Shown: positions 1 to 7,481, counted from the stretch's first letter. The stretch is DNA of 40,468 nt from an uncultured Dehalococcoidales bacterium (GCA_964343135.1 CAYFGR010000002.1:1-40468); one strand, 5' to 3'. A program made the numbers and translations. Notes: a model not told the origin generated them from the letters alone.

Positions 1-1
1 G

Positions 2-925
2 CCCGATATCTACATCATCGACGACCCGGCGCTAAACGCCTTCGCTACCGGCCGGGACCCCCGGCGGTCGGCAATCGCGGTTACCTCCGGGCTGCTGCAA
101 AAGCTCAACCGCGATGAGCTCCAGGGCGTCATTGGTCATGAAATTGCGCATATAAACAACCGTGATGTGCTCTTGATGTCGCTGTGCGGTATCCTTCTGG
201 GGACGATTGTTATTCTGTCCTGGTACGCCACGCATATGCTCTTCTTCAGTTCCATATCAGGCGGTAGGAGAAGCTCTTCATCCGGAGGTGGCCAGGCGCA
301 GTTAATAATTTTGGCCATAGGCATCGTCCTGATGATACTGGCGCCGATTGCGGCTCAACTTATCTACTTTGCCATCTCCCGGAAGCGGGAATACCTGGCC
401 GATTCCTCCGCTGCCCTGTATACCAGATACCCGGAGGGATTAGCCTCGGCGCTGGAGAAACTTGCCGCTTCAGCGGTACCCGTAAAATCGGCAAACAAGT
501 CTTCCGCCCCGATGTACATCATTAATCCCTTCCGTAAGAAAAGGAGAGCCGCCAGTGACCTCTCCAGTACCCATCCGCCTATCTCAGAGCGGATACGTAT
601 CTTACGCTCCATGGCCGGGGGTGCCTCCCTCGCCGACTACGACACCGCTTTCCGCCAGGTTCACAAGGGGAGCAGGGGAGTCATTTCTGCTTCTGCTATC
701 GCCGGCGCCGGTGCCGTTAGCTTACGACCGGCAGCGCCCAAAACGGCGCCGCGGGAGGCCGAATTAGGCAAAGTGGAACAGGTGCGCCAGATTTCTGACC
801 TGATGTGGCGTTTGAACGACTATAAAATTATCACCTGCGCCTGCGGCACAAAGCTAAAGATTCCCCCCAAACTTAAAAGTGCTAACGTCAAATGCCCGCA
901 CTGTGGCCGTGTTAACCGGGTCTGA
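2..925 (+). CDS. htpX: HtpX-like M48 zinc metalloprotease (5' end outside the window) with a ~100-aa C-terminal extension ending in a zinc ribbon
   Basis: Frame 2 is open from the window edge (PDIYIIDDPALNAFATGRDP...). It has the HEIAH zinc motif (GHEIAHINNRD), hydrophobic helices, and THPPISERIRIL at the end of the M48 fold. The tail reads ...ITCACGTKLKIPPKLKSANVKCPHCGRVNRV. The ORF track lists only the internal-Met part 167..925. Confidence 0.85.
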   Translation, partial: PDIYIIDDPALNAFATGRDPRRSAIAVTSGLLQKLNRDELQGVIGHEIAHINNRDVLLMSLCGILLGTIVILSWYATHMLFFSSISGGRRSSSSGGGQAQLIILAIGIVLMILAPIAAQLIYFAISRKREYLADSSAALYTRYPEGLASALEKLAASAVPVKSANKSSAPMYIINPFRKKRRAASDLSSTHPPISERIRILRSMAGGASLADYDTAFRQVHKGSRGVISASAIAGAGAVSLRPAAPKTAPREAELGKVEQVRQISDLMWRLNDYKIITCACGTKLKIPPKLKSANVKCPHCGRVNRV

Positions 926-993
926 TACCAGGAGGGACAGAAAAGCCGAGCGAGCCGGATGATTATAAGAGTTAAGCAAAAACGCTTGTCACG

Positions 994-1068
994 TGGAGCG
1001 GGAGACGAGGCTCGAACTCGCGACCCTCTGCTTGGGAAGCAGATGCTCTACCACTGAGCTACTCCCGC
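994..1068 (-). tRNA. tRNA-Gly (anticodon CCC), CCA encoded
   Basis: The reverse complement reads GCGGGAGTAGCTCAGTGGTAGAGCATCTGCTTCCCAAGCAGAGGGTCGCGAGTTCGAGCCTCGTCTCCCGCTCCA. The acceptor stem is GCGGGAG/CTCCCGC. The anticodon stem is TCTGC/GCAGA with loop TTCCCAA. A GTTCGAG T-loop, discriminator U and terminal CCA are present. Confidence 0.9.
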
Positions 1069-1087
1069 ATTCTTTAACTACGCATAA

Positions 1088-1116
1088 ATTCTACGCCAAA
1101 ATAAATGGAAACACAA
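1088..1116 (-). promoter_or_regulatory. Candidate sigma-70-type promoter of tRNA-Gly
   Basis: The minus strand reads TTGTGT (1116..1111), a 17-nt spacer, then TAGAAT (1093..1088), ending about 20 nt upstream of the tRNA 5' end. Confidence 0.45.
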
Positions 1117-1119
1117 GTT

Positions 1120-1320
1120 TCATACCGCTATCCACCCCAGACAGGCGCTGGGTCCAGTCCCCGTTACGGTGAGATCAATACCCGGAAAACCCGTACTAAT
1201 GCCCCATCTTCCCAATATCTCACGAGCCGCCACCACCCCCGAAGCTGATACCTGAACCAAACCACGGCTAACACCGGCGCCATCGCCAACGGCAAACATT
1301 TTGGCTACTTCTGTCTCCAG
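1120..1320 (-). pseudogene. C-terminal fragment of an FAD-dependent oxidoreductase (5' part lost)
   Basis: The ORF 1120..1362 tail reads ...LETEVAKMFAVGDGAGVSRGLVQVSASGVVAAREILGRWG. This resembles the C-terminal GDGAG FAD-binding segment of FAD-dependent dehydrogenases. There is no matching N-terminal domain upstream; upstream sequence is phage portal-like instead. Confidence 0.4.
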
Positions 1321-1680
1321 ACTGGCACTGAGTTGTTGCCGGCATCGCCCAGGAGAGCGCAATCAACCTCGGTCTCCAGGTCAAGCTGCGCCAGGTTATT
1401 CTCCTCGTACACCCGGTGCAATACTTGCTCGGCGCGGCGGGCTTTTGCCCGGGCTTTATCTGAATCCGCCACCGACTCAACCACAAAGCTGATACCGGAC
1501 ATCAGATAGGAAGTAACCTTATCGATGAAAACCTTGGTATAGTTAAAGGTCAGCCGCTTTCTCCCCACCTCTCTCTGCCCTGCCAGTGGATGCCATGGTA
1601 GAAATTAAGTAATTCCCGGTAGCCCTTTATTCGGTCCCCATCACGTTGGTTTAATTGCGCGGAACTAATCCTTCATTCAT
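1305..1680 (-). pseudogene. Phage portal protein (SPP1 gp6-like) N-terminal fragment, frameshifted and 3'-truncated
   Basis: Portal-like sequence is spread over three frames. The first is MNEGLVPR (ATG at 1680, preceded by GAAAGGA). The second is ...AQLNQRDGDRIKGYRELLNFYHGIHWQGRER. The third is GRKRLTFNYTKVFIDKVTSYLMSGISFVVES...NNLAQLDLETEVDCALLGDAG (ORF 1305..1568). At least 2 frameshifts are needed to join them, and the reading frame ends after ~125 aa, whereas portals are several-fold longer. Confidence 0.6.
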
Positions 1681-1693
1681 TTTTTTATCCTTT

Positions 1694-1990
1694 CTACAGA
1701 GAAGGCGCCTTAGCCGGGGATAAGTTTAGAGTGTTGTTCTTTAAGGCACGCTGTACCGTTCTCGGGCTGATGCCAAACCGTAAAGCCAGCTCCTTTACTC
1801 CACTCCCTTCAAGATAAAACAGCCTGATTATCCCCCGGTCCCGCCCGTTTTTCCGCCAGTGCTGCTTACCGCCCGGCTCATCATGAATGCATCTTGGCAA
1901 AGAACAGTGAAGACAGGATTCAGACAACTCACAACCTTCGTCCCGGTAATGGCAATACTCCGGCGGCAAATCCAACTCACTCCAACTCAT
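1694..1990 (-). CDS. Cys-rich N-terminal domain + C-terminal HTH DNA-binding protein (prophage-associated regulator)
   Basis: 98 aa. A good RBS (GGGGAG) lies 6 nt before the ATG. The N-terminus is CHYRDEGCELSESCLHCSLPRC (5 Cys). The C-terminus GVKELALRFGISPRTVQRALKN is a classic HTH. Confidence 0.65.
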   Translation of the reverse strand: MSWSELDLPPEYCHYRDEGCELSESCLHCSLPRCIHDEPGGKQHWRKNGRDRGIIRLFYLEGSGVKELALRFGISPRTVQRALKNNTLNLSPAKAPSL

Positions 1991-2030
1991 CTCGGACTCC
2001 CCTATCAGGGTTTCTGGCCTATGTGTAGTT

Positions 2031-2060
2031 AAATTAGCACATCTGTTCTAATCCCGTCAA
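2031..2060 (-). promoter_or_regulatory. Candidate promoter of the 1694..1990 gene with an embedded SOS (LexA/Cheo-type) box
   Basis: The minus strand reads TTGACG (2060..2055), an 18-nt spacer, then TAATTT (2036..2031) with an upstream TG (extended -10). The spacer contains TAGAACAGATGTGCTA (2050..2035). Its first 12 nt are identical to the lexA operator TAGAACAGATGTTCGT at 19717. Confidence 0.5.
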
Positions 2061-2079
2061 TGCTGTTTTGTCGCTTTCT

Positions 2080-2127
2080 GTTCCCGCTCCGCGGGAACTT
2101 GACAAAATCACTCAATTCTATTATTAT
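2080..2127 (+). promoter_or_regulatory. Perfect 8-bp inverted repeat abutting a strong promoter for the excisionase-type HTH gene
   Basis: GTTCCCGC-tcc-GCGGGAAC occupies 2080..2098. It is directly followed by TTGACA (2099..2104), a 17-nt spacer and TATTAT (2122..2127). A second TTGACAAA copy lies at 2129. Confidence 0.45.
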
Positions 2128-2160
2128 TTTGACAAAGTAATATTTATTCAGCAGAGCGTT

Positions 2161-2367
2161 ATGGAACCTTGGGATAATTATCTAAATATCCTCGAAGCCG
2201 GACACCGTCTTAAGATACACCCGGAGACGGTAAAACGGCTGTGCCGGCAGGGAGATTTACCCGCCGTAAAAATTCATAATACCTGGCTAATCAACAAGGA
2301 TATCCTGGATAATTTTGCGGGTACTTATAGTCCCCGCCGAGGCGCTCGAAAAAGACTGGTTGAATAG
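2161..2367 (+). CDS. Excisionase-family (HTH_17/MerR-like) DNA-binding protein
   Basis: MEPWDNYLNILEAGHRLKIHPETVKRLCRQGDLPAVKIHNTWLINKDILDNF matches the xxTVxEAAxxLGVSxxTVxRLxxxGxLPAxKIGxxWxI pattern. I placed the start at the ATG at 2161, downstream of the promoter that lies inside the longer track ORF (2068). The RBS is weak. Confidence 0.55.
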   Translation: MEPWDNYLNILEAGHRLKIHPETVKRLCRQGDLPAVKIHNTWLINKDILDNFAGTYSPRRGARKRLVE

Positions 2368-2426
2368 GAAATGTATTTCAGCAGAAACCATCCTGTTAGA
2401 AGGGTAAAAGAGGGTAGGCCGGCAAA

Positions 2427-3959
2427 ATGAAGTTTAGTAAAATCTTTTCTATCCTGACCCTCACCGTTATCGTATTCCTGCTCACGGTGGCTGTACCGGC
2501 AACGCCCGTCCTGGCGGCGCCGGTAATCTCCCTATCGCCGACCACCGGTGCCGGCGGTACCCAGGTTACGGTAAGCGGATCCAACTTTGGCTCCTACCGG
2601 GGTGACAATATCTATATTTTCTTCAATGACCTAGAAATCGATAGCAGCCCGATAACCATACCTGAGTCGGGGAGTTTCAGTGTCCCTTTTAACATCCCGG
2701 ACGGGGCAACTCCGGGTATCGCCTGGGTTCAGGTCAGGGACCAGACCGGCTTCACCCTCGCCAAAAGTTCTTTCATGATTTCAACAACCACCATCAAACT
2801 TAATGCCGCCGAGGGAGCCGTTGGCGCCACGGTAACGGTTGATGGCAAGGGATTTCATGCCAACCAGACAGTAACGTTCTACTACCACAACAGTGGCACT
2901 GAAAAGCTGGGCACGGCAGTGACTACGGCTACCGGGGAGTGCCGCTACCGATTTACCATCCCGGAGAGCATCGCCGGCAAGCACCTCATTACCGCTGAGG
3001 ACCCCCGGGGTAACTCGGCGGATACTGAGCTTGAGATCACGCCGTCGCTCACCCTTAATCCCGCCTCCGGCGCCGTCGGTACCATGGTAACCGTAAAGGG
3101 CCGCGGCTTCGGCTATAAGACCACGGTGAACATCTTTTTCGAAAATACCCGGGTTTCCCGCGTGACGACCGACAAATATGGCAATTTTGAGGATGCCTTC
3201 GGCGCACCCGTCACCGGTCCCCAGAACTACACGGTAAAAGCTGAGGATGAAGACGACAATACCGATAAGACAGAATTCGCCATTACTGCCGAGGTTAAAC
3301 TTAATAAAAGCATGGCTGACATCGGCACGGAGCTAACCATCAACGGCACCGGTTTTATCTCCGGTAAAAAGGTAACCGTCAAGTATGACGACACTGAAAT
3401 AGCCGCCATTAACACCAATGTCATCGGCGCCTTTTCCGTGGCCTTCAAAGTACCCTCCTCAAGAGGGGGCACCCATCTGATAACCGTCACTGACGGCACC
3501 AACACCAGACAACTTGTTTTTACCATAGAATCAGAGTCACCACCGGTCCCCAAACCGTTGCTCCCCCTGACCGGCAGCCAGACAGAAGCAATAGTACGCT
3601 TTGATTGGGAGGCAGTGGATGACCCCAGCCCCCCCATCAGCTACCTTTTACAGATTGCGGCTAATAAAGACTTCAGCACGATACTACTTGAAAAGCCGGC
3701 GCTTGCTGAATCTGAATATACCCTGACGGAAAGCGAACCGCTTAAGGCAAACCAGAAGGAAGCGTCCTACTACTGGCGGGTAAAAGCCATAGATGGCGCC
3801 GCTAACGAGAGTGAGTGGTCACCCGCGGTATCTTTCTACGTCGGTACGTCCGCGGCCCTGCCCGGCTGGGCCCGATATACCCTCATCGGTCTCGGTGTGG
3901 TGATACTGGGCATTTTCCTCTTCTGGCTCGGTCGGAGAACCGCTTACTATGCGCCATAG
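2427..3959 (+). CDS. Secreted, C-terminally membrane-anchored surface protein: 4x IPT/TIG-like repeats + FN3-like module + TM tail
   Basis: The signal peptide is MKFSKIFSILTLTVIVFLLTVAVPATPVLA|AP. Four ~85-aa repeats open with xGxxGTxVTVxGxGF (GAGGTQVTVSGSNFG, GAVGATVTVDGKGFH, GAVGTMVTVKGRGFG, IGTELTINGTGFI). A Pro-rich linker and an FN3-like module follow (FDWEAVDD...YYWRVKAIDGAANESEWS). The C-terminus is a TM helix with the tail FWLGRRTAYYAP. Confidence 0.8.
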   Translation: MKFSKIFSILTLTVIVFLLTVAVPATPVLAAPVISLSPTTGAGGTQVTVSGSNFGSYRGDNIYIFFNDLEIDSSPITIPESGSFSVPFNIPDGATPGIAWVQVRDQTGFTLAKSSFMISTTTIKLNAAEGAVGATVTVDGKGFHANQTVTFYYHNSGTEKLGTAVTTATGECRYRFTIPESIAGKHLITAEDPRGNSADTELEITPSLTLNPASGAVGTMVTVKGRGFGYKTTVNIFFENTRVSRVTTDKYGNFEDAFGAPVTGPQNYTVKAEDEDDNTDKTEFAITAEVKLNKSMADIGTELTINGTGFISGKKVTVKYDDTEIAAINTNVIGAFSVAFKVPSSRGGTHLITVTDGTNTRQLVFTIESESPPVPKPLLPLTGSQTEAIVRFDWEAVDDPSPPISYLLQIAANKDFSTILLEKPALAESEYTLTESEPLKANQKEASYYWRVKAIDGAANESEWSPAVSFYVGTSAALPGWARYTLIGLGVVILGIFLFWLGRRTAYYAP

Positions 3960-3988
3960 ATAACACTTTAATCCGAGGAGGCAACACA

Positions 3989-5680
3989 ATGAAATACCAG
4001 AAATTTTACCGAATACTCAGCATTGCTTTACTCCTCTCGTTACTGATGATGGTCATACCGACAACACCCGCTTCGGCGGCACGGACAGTTAAAGTCGACC
4101 CTGAGCAGGGTAAAGTTGGCGATACGATTACCGTCACCGGCACGGGTTTCCCCGCAAGTACCGATGACCCCGAAGTTGAGAGACGTGTTGACATCTACTT
4201 CGCTGCGGATGAAGCCGGCACAACTGATGACATTGGTCAAGAGGTTAATACCTACGAATTTTTGAAGGCACCAATTGTCAATTACGAAGAGGACGACTAT
4301 CCGGGAGAATTCAAAACCACCTTCACCGTACCGGAGAGACTTAGAGATGGCACTGCTGATAAGGATGTGAAGATCGGCACCTACTATGTCTATGTTACTC
4401 TATGGAATACCACCAGAATAAAAGCGGTCGCCGAATTTACCATAATTGGGGGTGAGATCACGATAAAACCTCCACACGGTCCGGTAGGCACTGAGGTAGA
4501 AATTGACGGTGCGGACTTCGGCTACAAAGAGAATATCACCATAGAATACGATGGCGTTGATGAAAAAATAATAGACGGTGATGATAAAACCGACCGGGAC
4601 GGTAAATTCGATAATGCTGTCATCATTATTCCGGAAAGCACCGCTGGGGAACATACCATCAAAGTCACTGGCGATGACTCTCAGAGTGAGGTCGAAGCTA
4701 CTTTCACCGTAGAGTCGGAAATAGCCGTCAGCCCGGATTCGGGCGGTACTGATACCAAAGTGACCGTCAACGGCACCGGTTTCGGCTATAGAAGCGATTT
4801 TGGGATTTTTATTAACGGAACTAAAGTGGCGGCAGATACTACCGATAAAGAGGGTTCTTTTGACATTAACTTTAATATGCCGGCAATAACGGCCGGCCTC
4901 TATGACATAAAGGCCGAGGATGAGGACGATAACTCCGATAAGGCGGATTTCACCTTCATCTTAGCCAGCGTCACACTCACCCCCACTACCGGCCATATTG
5001 GCACTGAGGTCACCGCCAACGGCACCGGTTTTACCGCGGACACTACCGTCACCATTAAATATGGCGCCACTGACATAGCTACCTCTACGGTAAATACCGA
5101 CGGTGCTTTTTCCACCACTTTTAAAGTCCCCACCGGTAAAAGTGGCGACCATGAAATAATCATCAGTGACGGCGTGACTACTAGAGAATTTACTTTCGTC
5201 ATGGAGTCAACGGCACCCTCGGTACCCACGCCGCTGTCTCCCGCCAGGGGGATTCCATTAGAGCCGCCCGTTAAAATCGACTGGGAAGATGTTACCGATG
5301 ATAGTCTGCCGGTAACCTATGAGCTCCAAATTGCCACCAACTCTGACTTCACGGCCCTGTCCCTGGAGATTGAGAAAAAGGGGCTTACCCGGTCGGAATA
5401 TACCCTCTCCGCAGTAGAAAAACTGGCGCCGACTGGTGAGGCGGAGCCTTACTACTGGAGAATAAGAGCCGTTGACGGCGCCGCCAATGAGAGTCGGTGG
5501 ACTGGCGCCGGGTCATTCTATATTACCACCACTGATGAGACAGTCAAAGACGACGACGTTGGCACCGGCGGATTCAAATTACCTCCCTGGGCAAAGTATG
5601 TCCTGGGCGGGTTCGCTGCCCTGCTCATCGGCGTTTTTGGTTTCTGGCTGGGCCGGCGCACCGGCTACTACTCCTACTAG
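3989..5680 (+). CDS. Paralog of the preceding surface protein (same 4x IPT/TIG-like + FN3-like + TM architecture)
   Basis: The ATG at 3989 is preceded by GAGGAGG. The signal peptide is MKYQKFYRILSIALLLSLLMMVIPTTPASA|AR. Repeats include VGDTITVTGTGFP, VGTEVEIDGADFG, GGTDTKVTVNGTGFG and IGTEVTANGTGFT. The FN3-like module reads IDWEDVTDD...YYWRIRAVDGAANESRWT. The tail is FWLGRRTGYYSY. The track ORF start at 3815 overlaps the upstream gene and was rejected. Confidence 0.8.
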   Translation: MKYQKFYRILSIALLLSLLMMVIPTTPASAARTVKVDPEQGKVGDTITVTGTGFPASTDDPEVERRVDIYFAADEAGTTDDIGQEVNTYEFLKAPIVNYEEDDYPGEFKTTFTVPERLRDGTADKDVKIGTYYVYVTLWNTTRIKAVAEFTIIGGEITIKPPHGPVGTEVEIDGADFGYKENITIEYDGVDEKIIDGDDKTDRDGKFDNAVIIIPESTAGEHTIKVTGDDSQSEVEATFTVESEIAVSPDSGGTDTKVTVNGTGFGYRSDFGIFINGTKVAADTTDKEGSFDINFNMPAITAGLYDIKAEDEDDNSDKADFTFILASVTLTPTTGHIGTEVTANGTGFTADTTVTIKYGATDIATSTVNTDGAFSTTFKVPTGKSGDHEIIISDGVTTREFTFVMESTAPSVPTPLSPARGIPLEPPVKIDWEDVTDDSLPVTYELQIATNSDFTALSLEIEKKGLTRSEYTLSAVEKLAPTGEAEPYYWRIRAVDGAANESRWTGAGSFYITTTDETVKDDDVGTGGFKLPPWAKYVLGGFAALLIGVFGFWLGRRTGYYSY

Positions 5681-5725
5681 ATAGTTGTTCTGCCCTCCCC
5701 ATTTCACTGGGGCAGAATCCACGGA

Positions 5726-5757
5726 GATAAGCGGGGCGGTTACCCCGCTTATCTTTG
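5726..5757 (+). terminator. Rho-independent-type terminator after the surface-protein pair
   Basis: A perfect 11-bp stem GATAAGCGGGG/CCCCGCTTATC has a 6-nt loop and is followed by TTTG. A second hairpin, TTCTGCCC(5688)/GGGCAGAA(5717), precedes it. Confidence 0.55.
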
Positions 5758-5997
5758 CGGGACATACTGACCAACCGCCTCAACCAACAATACCAGACTC
5801 ATCAGGAAATCATCATACCCCTGCCCGGGATAAACACAGAAATTTATGGTCTGATTGGGACGATACTGAGTTTTCGCCCTCTCCATCTCAAACCAGACCT
5901 CCCGATATTCCAGTGAGCCATCCCCGGCATACATCTTTACCCTACCGGAGTTAATTGCCGTCAGTAAATTAAAGCCTAGCCCTGATTTTGAAGGCAT
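5749..5997 (-). pseudogene. Phage terminase large-subunit C-terminal fragment
   Basis: The 82-aa ORF reads ...LEYREVWFEMERAKTQYRPNQTINFCVYPGQGYDDFLMSLVLLVEAVG. It resembles the extreme C-terminus (nuclease domain, GHDDxxMALALA-like) of TerL. No ATPase domain is present. An in-frame stop lies just upstream, next to the lysC 3' end. Confidence 0.45.
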
Positions 5998-6054
5998 CGT
6001 AAAAGGGACGAAGTCTCTTATAAGTCAGGACGGACCAGTTTCTTTAGCGGTCTG

Positions 6055-7275
6055 TTATTCCTTTTGTTCCAATTCAAACACCCGATGCAAGGCACGAACC
6101 GCGTCTATCACCCGGTCTTTCTCAACAATACAGGTTATCCTTATCTCGGAAGTGCTGATAATCTGAATATTAATACCCGCCTCACTGAGGGCGCCAAACA
6201 TCCGGGCAGCATAACCGGGCGTATTCTGCATACCGGTGCCGACAATACTCACCTTGCCCAATGTGTCATCGCTGCGGCATTCCCTGGCACCAATTGATTT
6301 GGCTATCGGCTCTATTACCTCCATAGCGGCAGCAAGCTGGTTTTTAGCCACGGTAAAGGTTAAATCGGTAGTATTTTCAATACTGGCGTTCTGGACAATA
6401 GTGTCAATACTGATACCCGTTCGAGCCAATGGTTCAAAGATGGCCGTCGCGATACCGGGGCGGTCAGGAACGCCAACCACTGTTACTTTCGCCACATCCA
6501 GGTCATGGGCAACGCCCTTTACTTTATTTCGAATTTCCATGGCTCCTCCTTCATGAATCATAGTACCCGGGTTATCCGAGAAACTTGAAGCCACCAATAT
6601 CGGAATATGGAATAACTCCCCCAGTTCAACCGCCCGCGAGTGCATCACCTTAGCTCCATAGGTTGCCAGTTCCAGCATCTCTTCGTAACTAATCTCCGCC
6701 ACTCTTTTTGCCTCGGACATGATACGCGGGTCGGCAGTATAAACCCCTTCAACGTCGGTATATATCTGGCAGACCTCAGCCCCCAGGCACGCCGCCAGAG
6801 CCACCGCGGTGGTATCTGAACCACCCCTCCCCAGGGTGGTGACGTCCTTTTCCTCAGTAACACCCTGAAAGCCGGCAACGATGACAACCCTCCCTTTGTC
6901 CAGTTCATGCTTAATCCGCTCGGCGTCAATACCGACAATTCGGGCACGACTGTGAGCAGCGTCCGTTCTTATCCCGGCCTGGGCGCCGCTAAGGCTGATT
7001 GCCTCATAACCCATATGATTGAGCCTCAGCGCCAGTAGGGTACTTGAGACGAGTTCACCCGTAGATAACAGAGCGTCAAGCTCGCGGTCACCCGGGCGAC
7101 CGGCCACCTGGTTCGCCAGCTTGATTAACTCATCGGTGGTATCTCCCATCGCCGAGACTACCACCACCACCTGGTCGCCTTTGTCCCGGGAGCGGGCGAT
7201 GCGGCGGGCGACACTCTTAATCCGCTCCGCATCCGCCACCGACGACCCACCATATTTCTGCACTATCAAGGCCAA
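6055..7275 (-). CDS. lysC: Aspartate kinase (monofunctional, two ACT domains)
   Basis: The N-terminus MALIVQKYGGSSVADAERIKSVARRI..VVVVSAMGDTTDELI and C-terminal ACT-like repeats identify it. It uses a TTG start with a GGGAGG RBS. Confidence 0.93.
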   Translation of the reverse strand: MALIVQKYGGSSVADAERIKSVARRIARSRDKGDQVVVVVSAMGDTTDELIKLANQVAGRPGDRELDALLSTGELVSSTLLALRLNHMGYEAISLSGAQAGIRTDAAHSRARIVGIDAERIKHELDKGRVVIVAGFQGVTEEKDVTTLGRGGSDTTAVALAACLGAEVCQIYTDVEGVYTADPRIMSEAKRVAEISYEEMLELATYGAKVMHSRAVELGELFHIPILVASSFSDNPGTMIHEGGAMEIRNKVKGVAHDLDVAKVTVVGVPDRPGIATAIFEPLARTGISIDTIVQNASIENTTDLTFTVAKNQLAAAMEVIEPIAKSIGARECRSDDTLGKVSIVGTGMQNTPGYAARMFGALSEAGINIQIISTSEIRITCIVEKDRVIDAVRALHRVFELEQKE

Positions 7276-7366
7276 ATAAGTATTAACCTCCCCATCCGCC
7301 TACCCACTATATTATACCGATTCCCAGGAAAAAGACCAGTTCCCGCCCTACCCTAATTGAAGAATC

Positions 7367-7395
7367 TTGCCTAATACCGCAAACTTACCTATAAT
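7367..7395 (+). promoter_or_regulatory. Promoter of tRNA-Pro
   Basis: TTGCCT (7367..7372), a 17-nt spacer and a perfect TATAAT (7390..7395) end 8 nt before the tRNA 5' end. Confidence 0.6.
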
Positions 7396-7403
7396 GGTGC
7401 TGG

Positions 7404-7481
7404 CGGGGCGTAGCGCAGTTTGGTTAGCGCGCAGCGTTCGGGACGCTGAGGCCGGAGGTTCGAATCCTCTCGCCCCGACCA
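7404..7481 (+). tRNA. tRNA-Pro (anticodon CGG), CCA encoded
   Basis: The sequence is CGGGGCGTAGCGCAGTTTGGTTAGCGCGCAGCGTTCGGGACGCTGAGGCCGGAGGTTCGAATCCTCTCGCCCCGACCA. The acceptor stem is CGGGGCG/CGCCCCG. The anticodon stem is CAGCG/CGCTG with loop TTCGGGA. A GGTTCGAATCC T-arm is present. Confidence 0.9.

Larger units (their letters stand above)
1305..5997. mobile_element. Decayed prophage remnant enclosing a surface-protein cassette
   Basis: A portal pseudogene (1305..1680) and a terminase-large C-terminal fragment (5749..5997) lie at the two ends. An SOS-box-controlled HTH gene and an excisionase-type HTH gene lie inside. The left neighbour is a truncated FAD-oxidoreductase gene next to tRNA-Gly. 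The right end abuts the lysC stop. No integrase or attachment repeats were seen. Confidence 0.5.

Noticed and set aside
3815-3988. N-terminal 58-aa extension of track ORF 3815..5680
   Set aside because: It overlaps the 3' end of the upstream gene in another frame. A GAGGAGG RBS and a classic signal peptide begin at the ATG at 3989.
5685-5954. 89-aa plus-strand ORF after the second surface protein
   Set aside because: It runs through the two terminator hairpins and is antisense to the TerL fragment. It is Pro/Thr/Ser-rich shadow sequence.
7276-7366. Possible lysine (L-box) riboswitch upstream of lysC
   Set aside because: The leader is only about 90-130 nt, shorter than an L-box, and I could not find the conserved helices. 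The region mostly holds the divergent tRNA-Pro promoter.
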